NCBI GenBank assembly: GCA_963675245.1
Contig: OY775910.1
Coordinates: 416,001-480,000, forward strand
Direction of reading: 5' to 3'
Length of the DNA: 64,000 bases
Source of the DNA: Acholeplasmataceae bacterium
GTDB taxonomy: Bacteria; Bacillota_I; Bacilli_A; Acholeplasmatales; Acholeplasmataceae
The notes under the pieces were generated by a model that was not told where the DNA came from, searched no databases, and saw only the letters and a program-made list of their open reading frames with translations. A program made the translations under genes and the position numbers. Shown here piece after piece: positions 39,195 through 49,388 of the stretch (within the stretch, counting starts at the first letter, position 1; each line of letters opens with the position of its first letter).

Positions 39195-41325
39195 CTCCTG
39201 TTACATATCTAATACTATATTTAGTTAGAGGATTGTTAAACGCCAATAGTGGTATAATTTTTTTTTCCGTTTTGTCTGTGTAAACTAAATGTATCTGTAG
39301 TTGTAATTTATTTTCTAAACCTGTCAAATTTTTATCTCCTGGATACTCTGTTCCAATATCATATCCTTGTGGAAGTTCTTTAATGGAATTTCCCTGAAGA
39401 GATAAGGAACGATACTGACCCGTTTTATATCTCATTATAACTATCTTTATAAGATTTTCTATCATGCCATCTTTTACTTGTTCTAAAATTTTTTTAAATG
39501 GTATAGGTCCTATTACTGAATTTCTTTGAAATTTAAACTTAGAAATGAAATTTTTATATAATTCAGTATATTCACTTGTAATAATCAAATGGTTTTGGGA
39601 ATCATTTAATGCAAATTTTATAATTTCACTTTTGTAGTTTTTTTCTTCAATTAACGATTTTATTATCTCATTGTTATTATATATATCTTTTGCACTAAAT
39701 AGTATAGATTTATCATAAGTATAGCCAGATTTAATCCTTTGCAATGTAATAGTTTTAGAAACAGTTCTTCTGGTTATGATAAGTTTATCATGATCTAATG
39801 AAAAAATTCTTTTGTATTCTTTTAAATTGATTTTAGTTTCTAGAAACTCTGAAACAGACACCCACAAATCACGTTCATTGTCTGCTATTGCAATGAATTT
39901 TTCTTTCAAACTTTTTGTCATATATACTCTGCATACATCAAAGTAGTTGCGTTTATAACCAAACCATCTAGCTCTTTGATACAAAGTATCAATTGCGGAA
40001 ACTTTTGAATCCCTATACATATATGTAACTATTAGGTTAGGAATTGTTACCCCCCTTGACAGCATATTACCACCTACATAAATTTTAAATAGAATATTTT
40101 CATCTTTTTTGCTTTCTTCAATATCTGTCATTCCTTTCGCAGAAGTATTATATTCATAAACCTTATAGAAGTCTAGAGAATTAATTAAGATTCTTATAAT
40201 TGACTCAAAAGAATATTTTACATTAAATTCATTTTCATATATCTTTTGAAAATCTTCAATTATCATAGCATGAAACGGATGATTTGAATGAAATATTATT
40301 TCTTTTAAATCTTCTAAATCATCAGATATTTTTTCAACTATGTTTTTTTGAACTTTTTTTAAGTGTGAAGGGTGAATAAGCATCGAAAATGGTTTGTTAG
40401 GATTTTTTATTTTTTCTATAATGGTACCTAACATAAAATATTTTAATGCGGATTTATAAGAATCAGGTATGGTGAATTTAAAATCATCTGTATCATCAAT
40501 TGTAATTACATGGGGGTTTGACATCAAATCATGAAAAGCGTCTCCACCAGTATAGGATTCTCCTGGTTCAACCAAGACAGCATAATCCGGGCTTAATTCA
40601 TCAAGTGTTGATAAGAGTAAATTAGCCTGTGGTGTAGCAGTGATAAACATCATTGTAATATTTTTAAAACTGAACAATATATCACTTATAACGTCGTGAG
40701 TGATTCCTGCTCTATTGTTTCTACTTTTCATTTTTGGAGCTCCAGGTGTATGTTCGTCACTTTCATCATCAACTATCAAAATCGGAACATCCTTCATTGT
40801 TTCAGCAAAATCAAGAGCTAAATAAAGATTAGTTTGTTTGGAACTAACGTTTTTTAAAACAATTACAATAACTTTGAAACCATCATTAATTAATTTTAAT
40901 ATTTTATCGCATTTTGAATCTTTCAAGACTAAAATTTTCACTTGATAATTGTTATCAAACTCCTGAGATAATCTTGTCAAGTTTTGATCTAATAAATTAT
41001 TTTTTGTCCCTCCAAATAAAAAACAAACGTTATAACCATTATCAAATGCTAAGGCTATTGATGAGATGAAAAATGCAGTTTTCCCGCTTTGTACTTTACC
41101 CAAACATAAAATTTTAGATCTGCTCGTTTCTTTTTTAGGGTCTGCAAAAAAGGAAACTGCTTTTTTTGAATTAGTTTGTATATGTTTTGCTACTTTTTCT
41201 CCTCTGCTATTAATCAGATTTTCTAACATTAGATGATGATGATATCCATCTAAAACAACTGTATTTAGTCTATCATCATTGTCTTCTCTTAAGATATAAT
41301 CAAATTCTACATGTTCTGTCTTCAT
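39172..41325 (-). CDS. Z1-domain protein with N-terminal helicase-like ATPase (MzaC-like)
   Basis: GKVQSGKT, DDESD, TATPQAN, SMLIH, GGNMLSRGVT, DTLYQRARWFGY. Confidence 0.88.
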   Translation of the reverse strand: MKTEHVEFDYILREDNDDRLNTVVLDGYHHHLMLENLINSRGEKVAKHIQTNSKKAVSFFADPKKETSRSKILCLGKVQSGKTAFFISSIALAFDNGYNVCFLFGGTKNNLLDQNLTRLSQEFDNNYQVKILVLKDSKCDKILKLINDGFKVIVIVLKNVSSKQTNLYLALDFAETMKDVPILIVDDESDEHTPGAPKMKSRNNRAGITHDVISDILFSFKNITMMFITATPQANLLLSTLDELSPDYAVLVEPGESYTGGDAFHDLMSNPHVITIDDTDDFKFTIPDSYKSALKYFMLGTIIEKIKNPNKPFSMLIHPSHLKKVQKNIVEKISDDLEDLKEIIFHSNHPFHAMIIEDFQKIYENEFNVKYSFESIIRILINSLDFYKVYEYNTSAKGMTDIEESKKDENILFKIYVGGNMLSRGVTIPNLIVTYMYRDSKVSAIDTLYQRARWFGYKRNYFDVCRVYMTKSLKEKFIAIADNERDLWVSVSEFLETKINLKEYKRIFSLDHDKLIITRRTVSKTITLQRIKSGYTYDKSILFSAKDIYNNNEIIKSLIEEKNYKSEIIKFALNDSQNHLIITSEYTELYKNFISKFKFQRNSVIGPIPFKKILEQVKDGMIENLIKIVIMRYKTGQYRSLSLQGNSIKELPQGYDIGTEYPGDKNLTGLENKLQLQIHLVYTDKTEKKIIPLLAFNNPLTKYSIRYVTGDEFIYDL

Positions 41326-41331
41326 TGATAA

Positions 41332-42813
41332 TCACTCCAGATTTTTAATAATTTCATTTATTTTTTTTACAAATTTATATGAGTCTTTAAATCCAGCTGT
41401 TATACTTGACAATTCTGAGATAGCAATAATTATTGCAAAAGTTTGCATTAGTTCAGATTCACCTTGTTTAAGTTTTTTAAATAGTTTAAGATTATTGTTA
41501 ATTCTAACGGAATATTGATTTTTTTCTATGGAGATAATTGATACATTTATCCATTCTTCATCTCTTTCGTTTTCATCACAATAACTAAGTAAAAATTGAT
41601 AATCTTGACCCTCATAACTAATTTCAAGTTTATGCATATCTTCTTCTAAAACTGAATTTACTGGAAGATCACCATCGTTTTGTTTATCGACTAAAACCGT
41701 CTTTTTGATCTGTTTTAGACTTTCAAATCTTTTATAATCTTTTTTAACCATGATTTGTTGTTTTTCTGCTGATAATCTGTTTTTTTTAGATTTTCTAAGC
41801 GAGCTAGCAATCTTTATAAATTTACTAATAATACTGTTATTTTTCAATTCAATAATAAACTTGTCTTGTAATCCATTGTTCCATGTAAAAGATCCCTTAT
41901 TAAAATCTACTGGCCATTCATTTAAATTAATTTCACCTACGATTCTCTGATATGGAAATGAATTTGCTTTACCAAGCAAGAGTTCAGGTCTATAATTGCT
42001 TACAATAATTCTGTCCTGCTTGAGTAGAGAAAATCCAGCCTTACCATTTTTTGATGTATCTGCCGTGTGTAAAATACCTATCCATCCGAAATATTCATAT
42101 CTTTTTCCACCAAATGTTAATTCACCTTCGAAATCTTGGAGAAATTCCGATCCATCTTCATTGATCCATAGTTGAGGTGGTTCATACTTAACCGATTGAT
42201 TTGGATAAAAATTAATTTCTAGTTCTTCGTTACCTAAATAAATATGATAAATTTTTGACAAGGCTTCCATTAATAATATTTTTTCTTTATTTGTGATTTT
42301 TACAATTAGATTTCTTATTGTGATTTTTGAATAGTGTTCATTTGGTAATACAGTGTCATCAATTTGTGCGATTACTATTTTACTGTTCTTTTTCAATAAT
42401 TCCTCATTTATAGTAGCTGTGTATTTTTCTGAATTTCCAAGCATTGTTGTCTCGATTGTATATTCATATCCTAAAGATATCGCTGCATATTTTAAGCCCA
42501 TACCAAATTCACCCAAACTGTTTTCTGGATATTCTTTATTTTTCTCATTGAGAGTTAATGCTCGTTTAAATGCTTCTAAATTCATGCCGTATGCATTATC
42601 AGAAATAGAAATCTCATCTTTGCTAATTGTTATCAATACAACACATTTATCGATACCAAGTTCTTTTAATTTTATATTATTTTCCTTCGTACGAAAACTT
42701 TGTAAAGAATTATCAATAAATTCTTTGAAAATGTTTTCTAACTTCAATTGATTTCTTTGAAATTGTAGTTGAATACTTGTTCCAACTTCAATATTTATTT
42801 TTTCTTGTCTCAT
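41332..42813 (-). CDS. MORC/GHKL-family ATPase (MzaB-like)
   Basis: EFIDNS, ISDNAYGM, GEFGMGLK Bergerat-fold motifs. Confidence 0.85.
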   Translation of the reverse strand: MRQEKINIEVGTSIQLQFQRNQLKLENIFKEFIDNSLQSFRTKENNIKLKELGIDKCVVLITISKDEISISDNAYGMNLEAFKRALTLNEKNKEYPENSLGEFGMGLKYAAISLGYEYTIETTMLGNSEKYTATINEELLKKNSKIVIAQIDDTVLPNEHYSKITIRNLIVKITNKEKILLMEALSKIYHIYLGNEELEINFYPNQSVKYEPPQLWINEDGSEFLQDFEGELTFGGKRYEYFGWIGILHTADTSKNGKAGFSLLKQDRIIVSNYRPELLLGKANSFPYQRIVGEINLNEWPVDFNKGSFTWNNGLQDKFIIELKNNSIISKFIKIASSLRKSKKNRLSAEKQQIMVKKDYKRFESLKQIKKTVLVDKQNDGDLPVNSVLEEDMHKLEISYEGQDYQFLLSYCDENERDEEWINVSIISIEKNQYSVRINNNLKLFKKLKQGESELMQTFAIIIAISELSSITAGFKDSYKFVKKINEIIKNLE

Positions 42814-42815
42814 AT

Positions 42816-44021
42816 TTACACTCCTTTGTTATTGTCGATATAATTTATAAACTGTTCAAAAACATTATAAATAACATCCACATTTACTGCATTTCCAAGC
42901 ATTCTATAAATGTCTTTGCCTACACTATCATACTTAAATGAAGTAGGAAAACTTTGAAGTCTCAAGGCTTCAATCGGTGTAATATACCGTTTAAATTTTC
43001 CAATAATAGGAATATGTGCCATTGCAACTAATGTTGGTGAATAATCAGGCTTTTTAACACGCACCCCAGATGGCCTAAATTGTATAATGCCTTCATAAAC
43101 CGATTTAATTGCTGTACCAGCCTGCCATTCAAATTTTCTTTGAGTTTTTTTAAATTGAGCAATATTATGTTTGATATACCAACCATCAATAAATTTTTTA
43201 TTATCGTAGTATAGTTTTCTATTTTTCATTATAAATATTTGTTTCCACTTGGGTAAATGTTCAATATCGTAAGTGAGTTTGAATTCATCTGACCAAATCG
43301 GAAATCCAATTATTTTCTTGTTTATATGTTTATAAAAATCATCCCATGCATCTAACACTTTTTGTTCATATTCATTTATACCGTATTCTAACATGATTTT
43401 TTGTGTGTTTTTCTGATAATATTCGGATATTTTCGTTGTTGGCGATAATTTTTTAACATTGAAATTTAATTCATCTGAAAAAACATCGCTATCAACAGCA
43501 AGTATAATTGCTCTATCTCTCAATTGTGGTATATCAAAATCAATTGGTTTTAATATGATTGGTTTTTTAATAGTGTTATATCCAAGCTCAACCAAAGTCT
43601 GATAGATAGTTTTCCATGTATTTCCATTGTCATGGGATTCTAAGTTTCTTACATTTTCTAATATTAGTATTTTTGGTTTATAACCATTTTGAGTTTTTTC
43701 TCTAATAATTCGCTCTATTTGAAAAAATAATGTCCCTCTTGTATCATTAAAGCCGTTTTGTTTGCCTGCTTTAGAAAATGGTTGGCATGGAAAACCAGCG
43801 CACAATACATCAAAATCATCCATATTTTTAGTGATTATAGTTTTGATGTCATTGTTACTATTTTGATTAAAATTTATTTTATATAAAGCGACTGCGTTCT
43901 TATTAATTTCAGACGCTAAAACACATATAGCTTCTTTATCGTATTTGTTCATAGCAAAATGAAACCCACCGATTCCGGCAAATAAATCTATAAATTTAAA
44001 TTTTTTCGGTAAAACGCTCAT
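42816..44021 (-). CDS. dcm: DNA (cytosine-5)-methyltransferase
   Basis: DLFAGIGG, AGFPCQPFS, ENV, PQLRDR, EALRLQSFP, LGNAV. Confidence 0.95.
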   Translation of the reverse strand: MSVLPKKFKFIDLFAGIGGFHFAMNKYDKEAICVLASEINKNAVALYKINFNQNSNNDIKTIITKNMDDFDVLCAGFPCQPFSKAGKQNGFNDTRGTLFFQIERIIREKTQNGYKPKILILENVRNLESHDNGNTWKTIYQTLVELGYNTIKKPIILKPIDFDIPQLRDRAIILAVDSDVFSDELNFNVKKLSPTTKISEYYQKNTQKIMLEYGINEYEQKVLDAWDDFYKHINKKIIGFPIWSDEFKLTYDIEHLPKWKQIFIMKNRKLYYDNKKFIDGWYIKHNIAQFKKTQRKFEWQAGTAIKSVYEGIIQFRPSGVRVKKPDYSPTLVAMAHIPIIGKFKRYITPIEALRLQSFPTSFKYDSVGKDIYRMLGNAVNVDVIYNVFEQFINYIDNNKGV

Positions 44022-44023
44022 TA

Positions 44024-44521
44024 TTAAGCACCTAATGCACTTTCATTAAATTTCATGTAGTCTTTCAAAATTATATTAAAATTAAACTTATCTGAAAGCC
44101 AAATTTTTTGCTTAAAATCAGTTGTTATAGTATATCCTTTATTGAACGTTTGAAATATATTATTTACATGAACATAACAAGATCTATTTTTCTTGTGATT
44201 ACCAAAATTATAAATGTTCCAAAATATAAAAATATCTTTACTATAAAGAGAGTCTACACCAATAATCATGCTTGTGTTTGAGTGTCCCGACGCAATAACA
44301 CTATCTATATCAAACCCTTTGATTTGTACTCTTCTTATGTCCGGCTTATTAGACCATCCACTACCACTAACAGTTCTTATAAAAGCATAAATAGTATAAT
44401 GGTTTATTTTGTCGATTTCAATTTTGTAAAATCCTTCATTTGTTCTATTGAAATTAATAATGCTGAAACCCGAACATAATATAGCTTCTTTAATTTTATC
44501 AATATTGTTTTGCTTCTTCAT
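44024..44521 (-). CDS. Methylase-associated X1 (MTaX1)-like protein
   Basis: IRTVSGSGW..PDIRRVQI...MIIGVD...IFIFWN...RSCYV pattern; directly upstream of the methylase. Confidence 0.5.
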   Translation of the reverse strand: MKKQNNIDKIKEAILCSGFSIINFNRTNEGFYKIEIDKINHYTIYAFIRTVSGSGWSNKPDIRRVQIKGFDIDSVIASGHSNTSMIIGVDSLYSKDIFIFWNIYNFGNHKKNRSCYVHVNNIFQTFNKGYTITTDFKQKIWLSDKFNFNIILKDYMKFNESALGA

Positions 44522-46612
44522 TTACACTATCACATACTTTTTCACTATATTAAGTATATCCTCTCCAAAATTGTTAATTGAGAATGATTTCATACCACAA
44601 TCGTTTCGTAACGACGACAATGTTTTAGGCTTATAAAAATTTATTTTTGATCTTTGATTATTTGTAAAAATATGATAGGCTTCGACTTTCCCTTGATATT
44701 CTCTATATTTATTTCTTCGATATTCAGTCAATTCTTGTGACAGTCCCGGTTTATATTCATTAAATATTTTTATATCCGACAAAAATCCAACTTCATTTTC
44801 ATTCTCACATAAAAAATATTTATCAAAATAATTTTTATGAGAAACACTTGTTGTCCAATATTTATTTATCAGATTCGTAAGTTTGGGTATTACCGTTCGA
44901 TAATAGTATGTATCATTCTTTGTAAAATTAGAGTATGCATAATTCGGATAAAGATTTTTAAAGAATCTATATGCTTCAATTACATAATTATCATATAAAA
45001 AATCAAAGAATTCATATGCAATTTCCCTTTCGCTTATTATATTTGAATTTTTAAATATTGCTAGTTTTCCGATATCATTTTGTGATATCTTTAGTTTAAA
45101 ATCAGAATCTTCTACAAAATCGTGTTTTATTGATAATCCAGAAATCAATTTATAGAAATCTTTATTAAAATAAATTTTTACTATAAATCCAAAAATAGCT
45201 AAAAAGAGAAAAAATCCATTTCTTGCCAACCCATTCTTATCTGCATTTGTTTCTATTCTTTGTACTCTGAGTTTCCATTTATAAAATCCTACTTTAAAAT
45301 GTTGCAATACTAATAGTAAAAGTGTATTGTATTCATTTTTGTAAATAATATCATAATAACTATCATTTGATAACATTCTAGATTTACTATTTCTTGCTAT
45401 CCCTGGGTGTTGATAAATAAAGGAAAAAAGCATCTGCCCAATTTCATCATTTTTAGCGTTTTGCCATTTCTCGTGATATATACTTCTGTTGATTTTTTCT
45501 CCTCTCTTCACTTGTACATAAACTCCTACTTTTTTAAGTTGATATTGTAGTTTTTTTTGTTCTATCCTGTTAGCAATTATATCCTTCATATTTATTGGTT
45601 TCTGTGTATTGCTTGTTTCAGCTACTTTGCTTAAAAATTCCAGATTTTCATCTTTATTTTCATACTTAGTTTTTATAATTTTACACACTACTGAAAAATC
45701 CTCTGAAAACAAAGAATTTCCGATTAAATTAGTCGTTTGTCCACCATTAACTATTGAAAAATTAATCAATTCAATTTTATTTTGCTTTATTTTGTAATCA
45801 TCACAAGTGATTATGATTCCATTGTTAAAATACCAAAATTTTTCAGGTTCATTTAAAATACTATCTTTAATGTTTTTGTCAATTTTTGATGATTTAACGT
45901 AATACCTAAGATTATTAGAAAACAAACCAGTTGTTCCATAATTAATGAATAAATCTTTTAATGAAGTAGCTAAAATAGATGTCACAATTGATTTTTCATT
46001 TCCATGAAAAAACAATTGACCAGCTGAACTCATAGTAACGACTCCAGATTTAACATTCATGTTTGGACTATCTATATCAGATACAATTTCTTCTATATCA
46101 TCACGAAAAAAGATTAGATAATTTAAATTTTCAAGTTTGCTTTTAAAGTTTGTTACTAATTCTTTGATTTCAGATTTTATTTCCGGTTTTATTATCAAAT
46201 CACATAAAAGTATAATTTGCATTCTAGATTCATCTGAAATGTTTTTATCCATAAGTATGCTTCGAATTTCATTTTTTTCAAAAGATTTATGTCCACTAAA
46301 TAAACTAGCATAAAAATGATCAATATTTTGTATATAGTTTCGAATGTTATCTAAAATAAAATCTTCAATTAAAATATCCAGAACTTTTATGATATCAATG
46401 TTTCCAATCTCAGATTCTTCTTCTTCTCCAATACCATCCAAATATTCATATTCGTATATATTATCTAATAAATTATCAATACGAGTTTCGTCTGCATTAT
46501 AATACTCATAAAACATGTAGATTTTCACAATCGTACTTTTATCGTCGGTTTTAAGTATTAAATTGTTTTCCTTGTAAATTTGATTTAATCTTTCTATTGC
46601 TTTTTCTAACAC
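44522..46612 (-). CDS. AIPR-family protein (MzaE-like) with C-terminal HRDC domain
   Basis: LFSNNLRYY, FWYFNNGIII, IVNGGQT, SNTQK; C-terminal ELTEYR...AYHIFTN...KPKTLSSL...G...FGEDILNI. Confidence 0.85.
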   Translation of the reverse strand: MLEKAIERLNQIYKENNLILKTDDKSTIVKIYMFYEYYNADETRIDNLLDNIYEYEYLDGIGEEEESEIGNIDIIKVLDILIEDFILDNIRNYIQNIDHFYASLFSGHKSFEKNEIRSILMDKNISDESRMQIILLCDLIIKPEIKSEIKELVTNFKSKLENLNYLIFFRDDIEEIVSDIDSPNMNVKSGVVTMSSAGQLFFHGNEKSIVTSILATSLKDLFINYGTTGLFSNNLRYYVKSSKIDKNIKDSILNEPEKFWYFNNGIIITCDDYKIKQNKIELINFSIVNGGQTTNLIGNSLFSEDFSVVCKIIKTKYENKDENLEFLSKVAETSNTQKPINMKDIIANRIEQKKLQYQLKKVGVYVQVKRGEKINRSIYHEKWQNAKNDEIGQMLFSFIYQHPGIARNSKSRMLSNDSYYDIIYKNEYNTLLLLVLQHFKVGFYKWKLRVQRIETNADKNGLARNGFFLFLAIFGFIVKIYFNKDFYKLISGLSIKHDFVEDSDFKLKISQNDIGKLAIFKNSNIISEREIAYEFFDFLYDNYVIEAYRFFKNLYPNYAYSNFTKNDTYYYRTVIPKLTNLINKYWTTSVSHKNYFDKYFLCENENEVGFLSDIKIFNEYKPGLSQELTEYRRNKYREYQGKVEAYHIFTNNQRSKINFYKPKTLSSLRNDCGMKSFSINNFGEDILNIVKKYVIV

Positions 46613-46622
46613 ATTAGCCTCC

Positions 46623-48506
46623 CTAGAAATTTTTAGTGATCATATTTTTGTCATTAAAATGGATATTTAGTAGATATTTTTTAAAATCTATATTCTCACA
46701 ATATACAAAACATCCCTTTTGTGCTCTAGATAATAAAGTTTTATATGTATTTCTAATTATTCTATCTGCAAATTCATAATTTTTAGTTGTTTTGATACCT
46801 TTTAGACTTTGATCTGTCTTAGCTCGTTTTGTAAAATCCGTTTGTACTTTGCCATCTTTGTATATCATATCTTTTCCGATAATTATACCTACATAATCAA
46901 ATTCTAGTCCTTGAGATGTATGTATACATCCAACCTGATCAAACGATGATTTATCGATTGCCCATGTATTTGTATCATTAAAATTCCATTTTGCTTTAAA
47001 TCCGTTTTCTAACTCTATATCATAAACATCATCATGTTTATTCTTTTTAGTAATCCACTCATAACAATATCCAGCAATCATTCTTGCCTTGTTGTTTATT
47101 TCATTTAATTCTCGTAAGTCTTCTCTCATTTTGACTGGGTCATCATAAACTCGAAAATCATAATCCATTTCAAATCCATCAAAGTTAGCTGTTTCTCTTA
47201 TGCCTAACAAGTTGTCAAGAAATGAAATATAACCTTCGCTACCATTGCATCTAAATTGAGATGATAGTTTAAAATCATCGCCAGATAAGACTTTGCTTCC
47301 TAATTTTTTTGCTTGCTTCTTTATTTCATTAATTGAACCGAAGTCTTTCGTCGTAACGATCTGATCTTCATCAATAAAGAAGACACTTACGCGAGCAGCA
47401 TTAATTAATTCTTTGATTTGATTTTCACCTTTATTTGCGAACAATCCTGATCTTTCATTTAATCTATGTGCCTCATCTATAACGATACAATCATAATCAT
47501 TTTTCTTAGAATCAATAAATGCCCCTGATCCCTTGAATAAATTTTTAACATAACTTTGCTTGTAGTTGCCCTGCATCATTTTAGCAAAATACACATTCCT
47601 TGGCGCTGCGTTCTTAGTGACATAATTAACATTCAAATGTTTGAATTCTGCAAGTAAATTGATAGCTATGACACTTTTGCCAGTTCCTGGTCCACCCTCA
47701 ATGATAATTGTATATTTCTCATCGTTTTTTTCTGCAAGCTCAATAACCTTTTTGACGGTTGAGAATACTACTTTTTGTTCATCAATCATATAGAACTCTG
47801 GATTACCTTCAATCATTGAAACTATTGCGTCTTGTAATGCTTTTGAAGGTTTAATTCTTCCATGCTCTATTTCATAGATGGTTTTACCTTGATCAGACTT
47901 CTTAACATATCTTTTGATGAATTCACGCAATTTTAATACGTCAGTTTTAATAAACATTGGTGCTAATTTAATTGCAGTTTCATATAAACTGTTGTCTAAT
48001 TCAACTCTATATTCTTCTTTATAGTTATGTAAAAAACTACATGGATGTAGTTCGATTTTATTTTGTTGGACATACTCATTATAATTTTCAATTGTTTTTG
48101 CATAGGAGTATGCTTGATAAGATGGATGAGTTGTTGGCCGAATGGCACCAGCTAGATAGGTAGTTACTAAATCTTCTCTACTTGTTTTTTCGGCTTGTTC
48201 CCATTGTTTAAGTTCAATAATAACGACTTGCTGATTATTGTTTTCATCTAAACCACTAACAATAAAATCAACTCTCTTAGATGTAGTTGGTATTTGATAT
48301 TCTATAGATACATGTATATCTTGAGATATTTCAGGATCACTTAATGCATTTTTCATATGTAGTAAAGAAGCATCAAATGCATGATATTGACTGAGATTCA
48401 CACCACCAATGTGTCTTTTACGCATCTCTTCAACTATTAAATCTGCAATTATTCCACGATCAACATCTTTATTAAATTGTGCTATTTCTCCCGAATATAC
48501 AATCAA
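46623..48506 (-). CDS. DUF2075 (Schlafen group 3-type) nuclease-helicase protein
   Basis: KRVDF...IIELKQW, HPSYQA, GGPGTGKS, DEAHRL, QFRC, CIHTSQGLEFDY, NTYKTLLSRA; TTG start with AAGGGG RBS inferred. Confidence 0.85.
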   Translation of the reverse strand: MIVYSGEIAQFNKDVDRGIIADLIVEEMRKRHIGGVNLSQYHAFDASLLHMKNALSDPEISQDIHVSIEYQIPTTSKRVDFIVSGLDENNNQQVVIIELKQWEQAEKTSREDLVTTYLAGAIRPTTHPSYQAYSYAKTIENYNEYVQQNKIELHPCSFLHNYKEEYRVELDNSLYETAIKLAPMFIKTDVLKLREFIKRYVKKSDQGKTIYEIEHGRIKPSKALQDAIVSMIEGNPEFYMIDEQKVVFSTVKKVIELAEKNDEKYTIIIEGGPGTGKSVIAINLLAEFKHLNVNYVTKNAAPRNVYFAKMMQGNYKQSYVKNLFKGSGAFIDSKKNDYDCIVIDEAHRLNERSGLFANKGENQIKELINAARVSVFFIDEDQIVTTKDFGSINEIKKQAKKLGSKVLSGDDFKLSSQFRCNGSEGYISFLDNLLGIRETANFDGFEMDYDFRVYDDPVKMREDLRELNEINNKARMIAGYCYEWITKKNKHDDVYDIELENGFKAKWNFNDTNTWAIDKSSFDQVGCIHTSQGLEFDYVGIIIGKDMIYKDGKVQTDFTKRAKTDQSLKGIKTTKNYEFADRIIRNTYKTLLSRAQKGCFVYCENIDFKKYLLNIHFNDKNMITKNF

Positions 48507-48831
48507 TGTGCTACCCCTTTTATAGAACAAATAACGACAAATTGTCGCTATGAATCCCCCAACATGAATAAAGCCTAGAAATTCTATAGCAATATCCCGA
48601 TTTATGTCTGCTTTAATATATATTTTACTCTATTTTGATCAATAATCAAAGTTTATTTAGATATAGTCAATAAATCTTAAGTTTTTTTTGAAAAATCACA
48701 AATCAGAAATAATCTTTAAGTAATTTGTTTCCATTTTGAATTGGTACATATATCTTTATATTATACATGTATATTTTTATCTTTTTTATCTGTTCAGTAC
48801 TATAATGAAAGTGAACAAAGGAGATGATTAA

Positions 48832-49353
48832 ATGAGCTTATTTGAGACGATTCCATATGAAACATTAATGAAAGATAAAGCCATTGAAATCAGAGCGTAT
48901 GACGACATCCTATTAGCGAGTACAAAATCATCCATTAATAAACATTATGATAATGGTTTTATGAATGTATTCAATTATATTTCTGGTGAAAATGATCAAT
49001 CTAAAAAGATCTCAATGACCACGCCTGTTGTTTCTTACGAGGATAAGAATCAACTCATCACTGGATTCTACGTGCCTAAAAAATATAACAAAGAAAATGT
49101 CCCTATACCAAACGCTGAAAATGTGTTTATTGATGAGATTGAACAATCACTATATGCGGTGATACGCTTTAGAGGTTCATGGAAAAAAGAACGGTTTGAT
49201 AAAAAAGAAAAAGAGTTAAGAGATTACTTAAACGAACATCATTATAAGATCTTATCTTCTCGTTATCTCTTCCGTTATCAACCACCGTTTATTCCAGGGA
49301 TATTCCGCCATAATGAAATCGCGTTTAAAGTGGATAAGAAAAATGTGGATTGA
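48832..49353 (+). CDS. SOUL heme-binding family protein
   Basis: EIRAY, F.YISGEN...KISMTTPV, YQPPFIP..FRHNEI. Confidence 0.85.
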   Translation: MSLFETIPYETLMKDKAIEIRAYDDILLASTKSSINKHYDNGFMNVFNYISGENDQSKKISMTTPVVSYEDKNQLITGFYVPKKYNKENVPIPNAENVFIDEIEQSLYAVIRFRGSWKKERFDKKEKELRDYLNEHHYKILSSRYLFRYQPPFIPGIFRHNEIAFKVDKKNVD

Positions 49354-49375
49354 CATATGTCTTTCCACATTTTTT
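49339..49375. terminator. Bidirectional terminator between SOUL gene and mbx operon
   Basis: AAAAATGTGGA...TCCACATTTTT. Confidence 0.65.
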
Positions 49376-49388
49376 ATACGATGACTTC

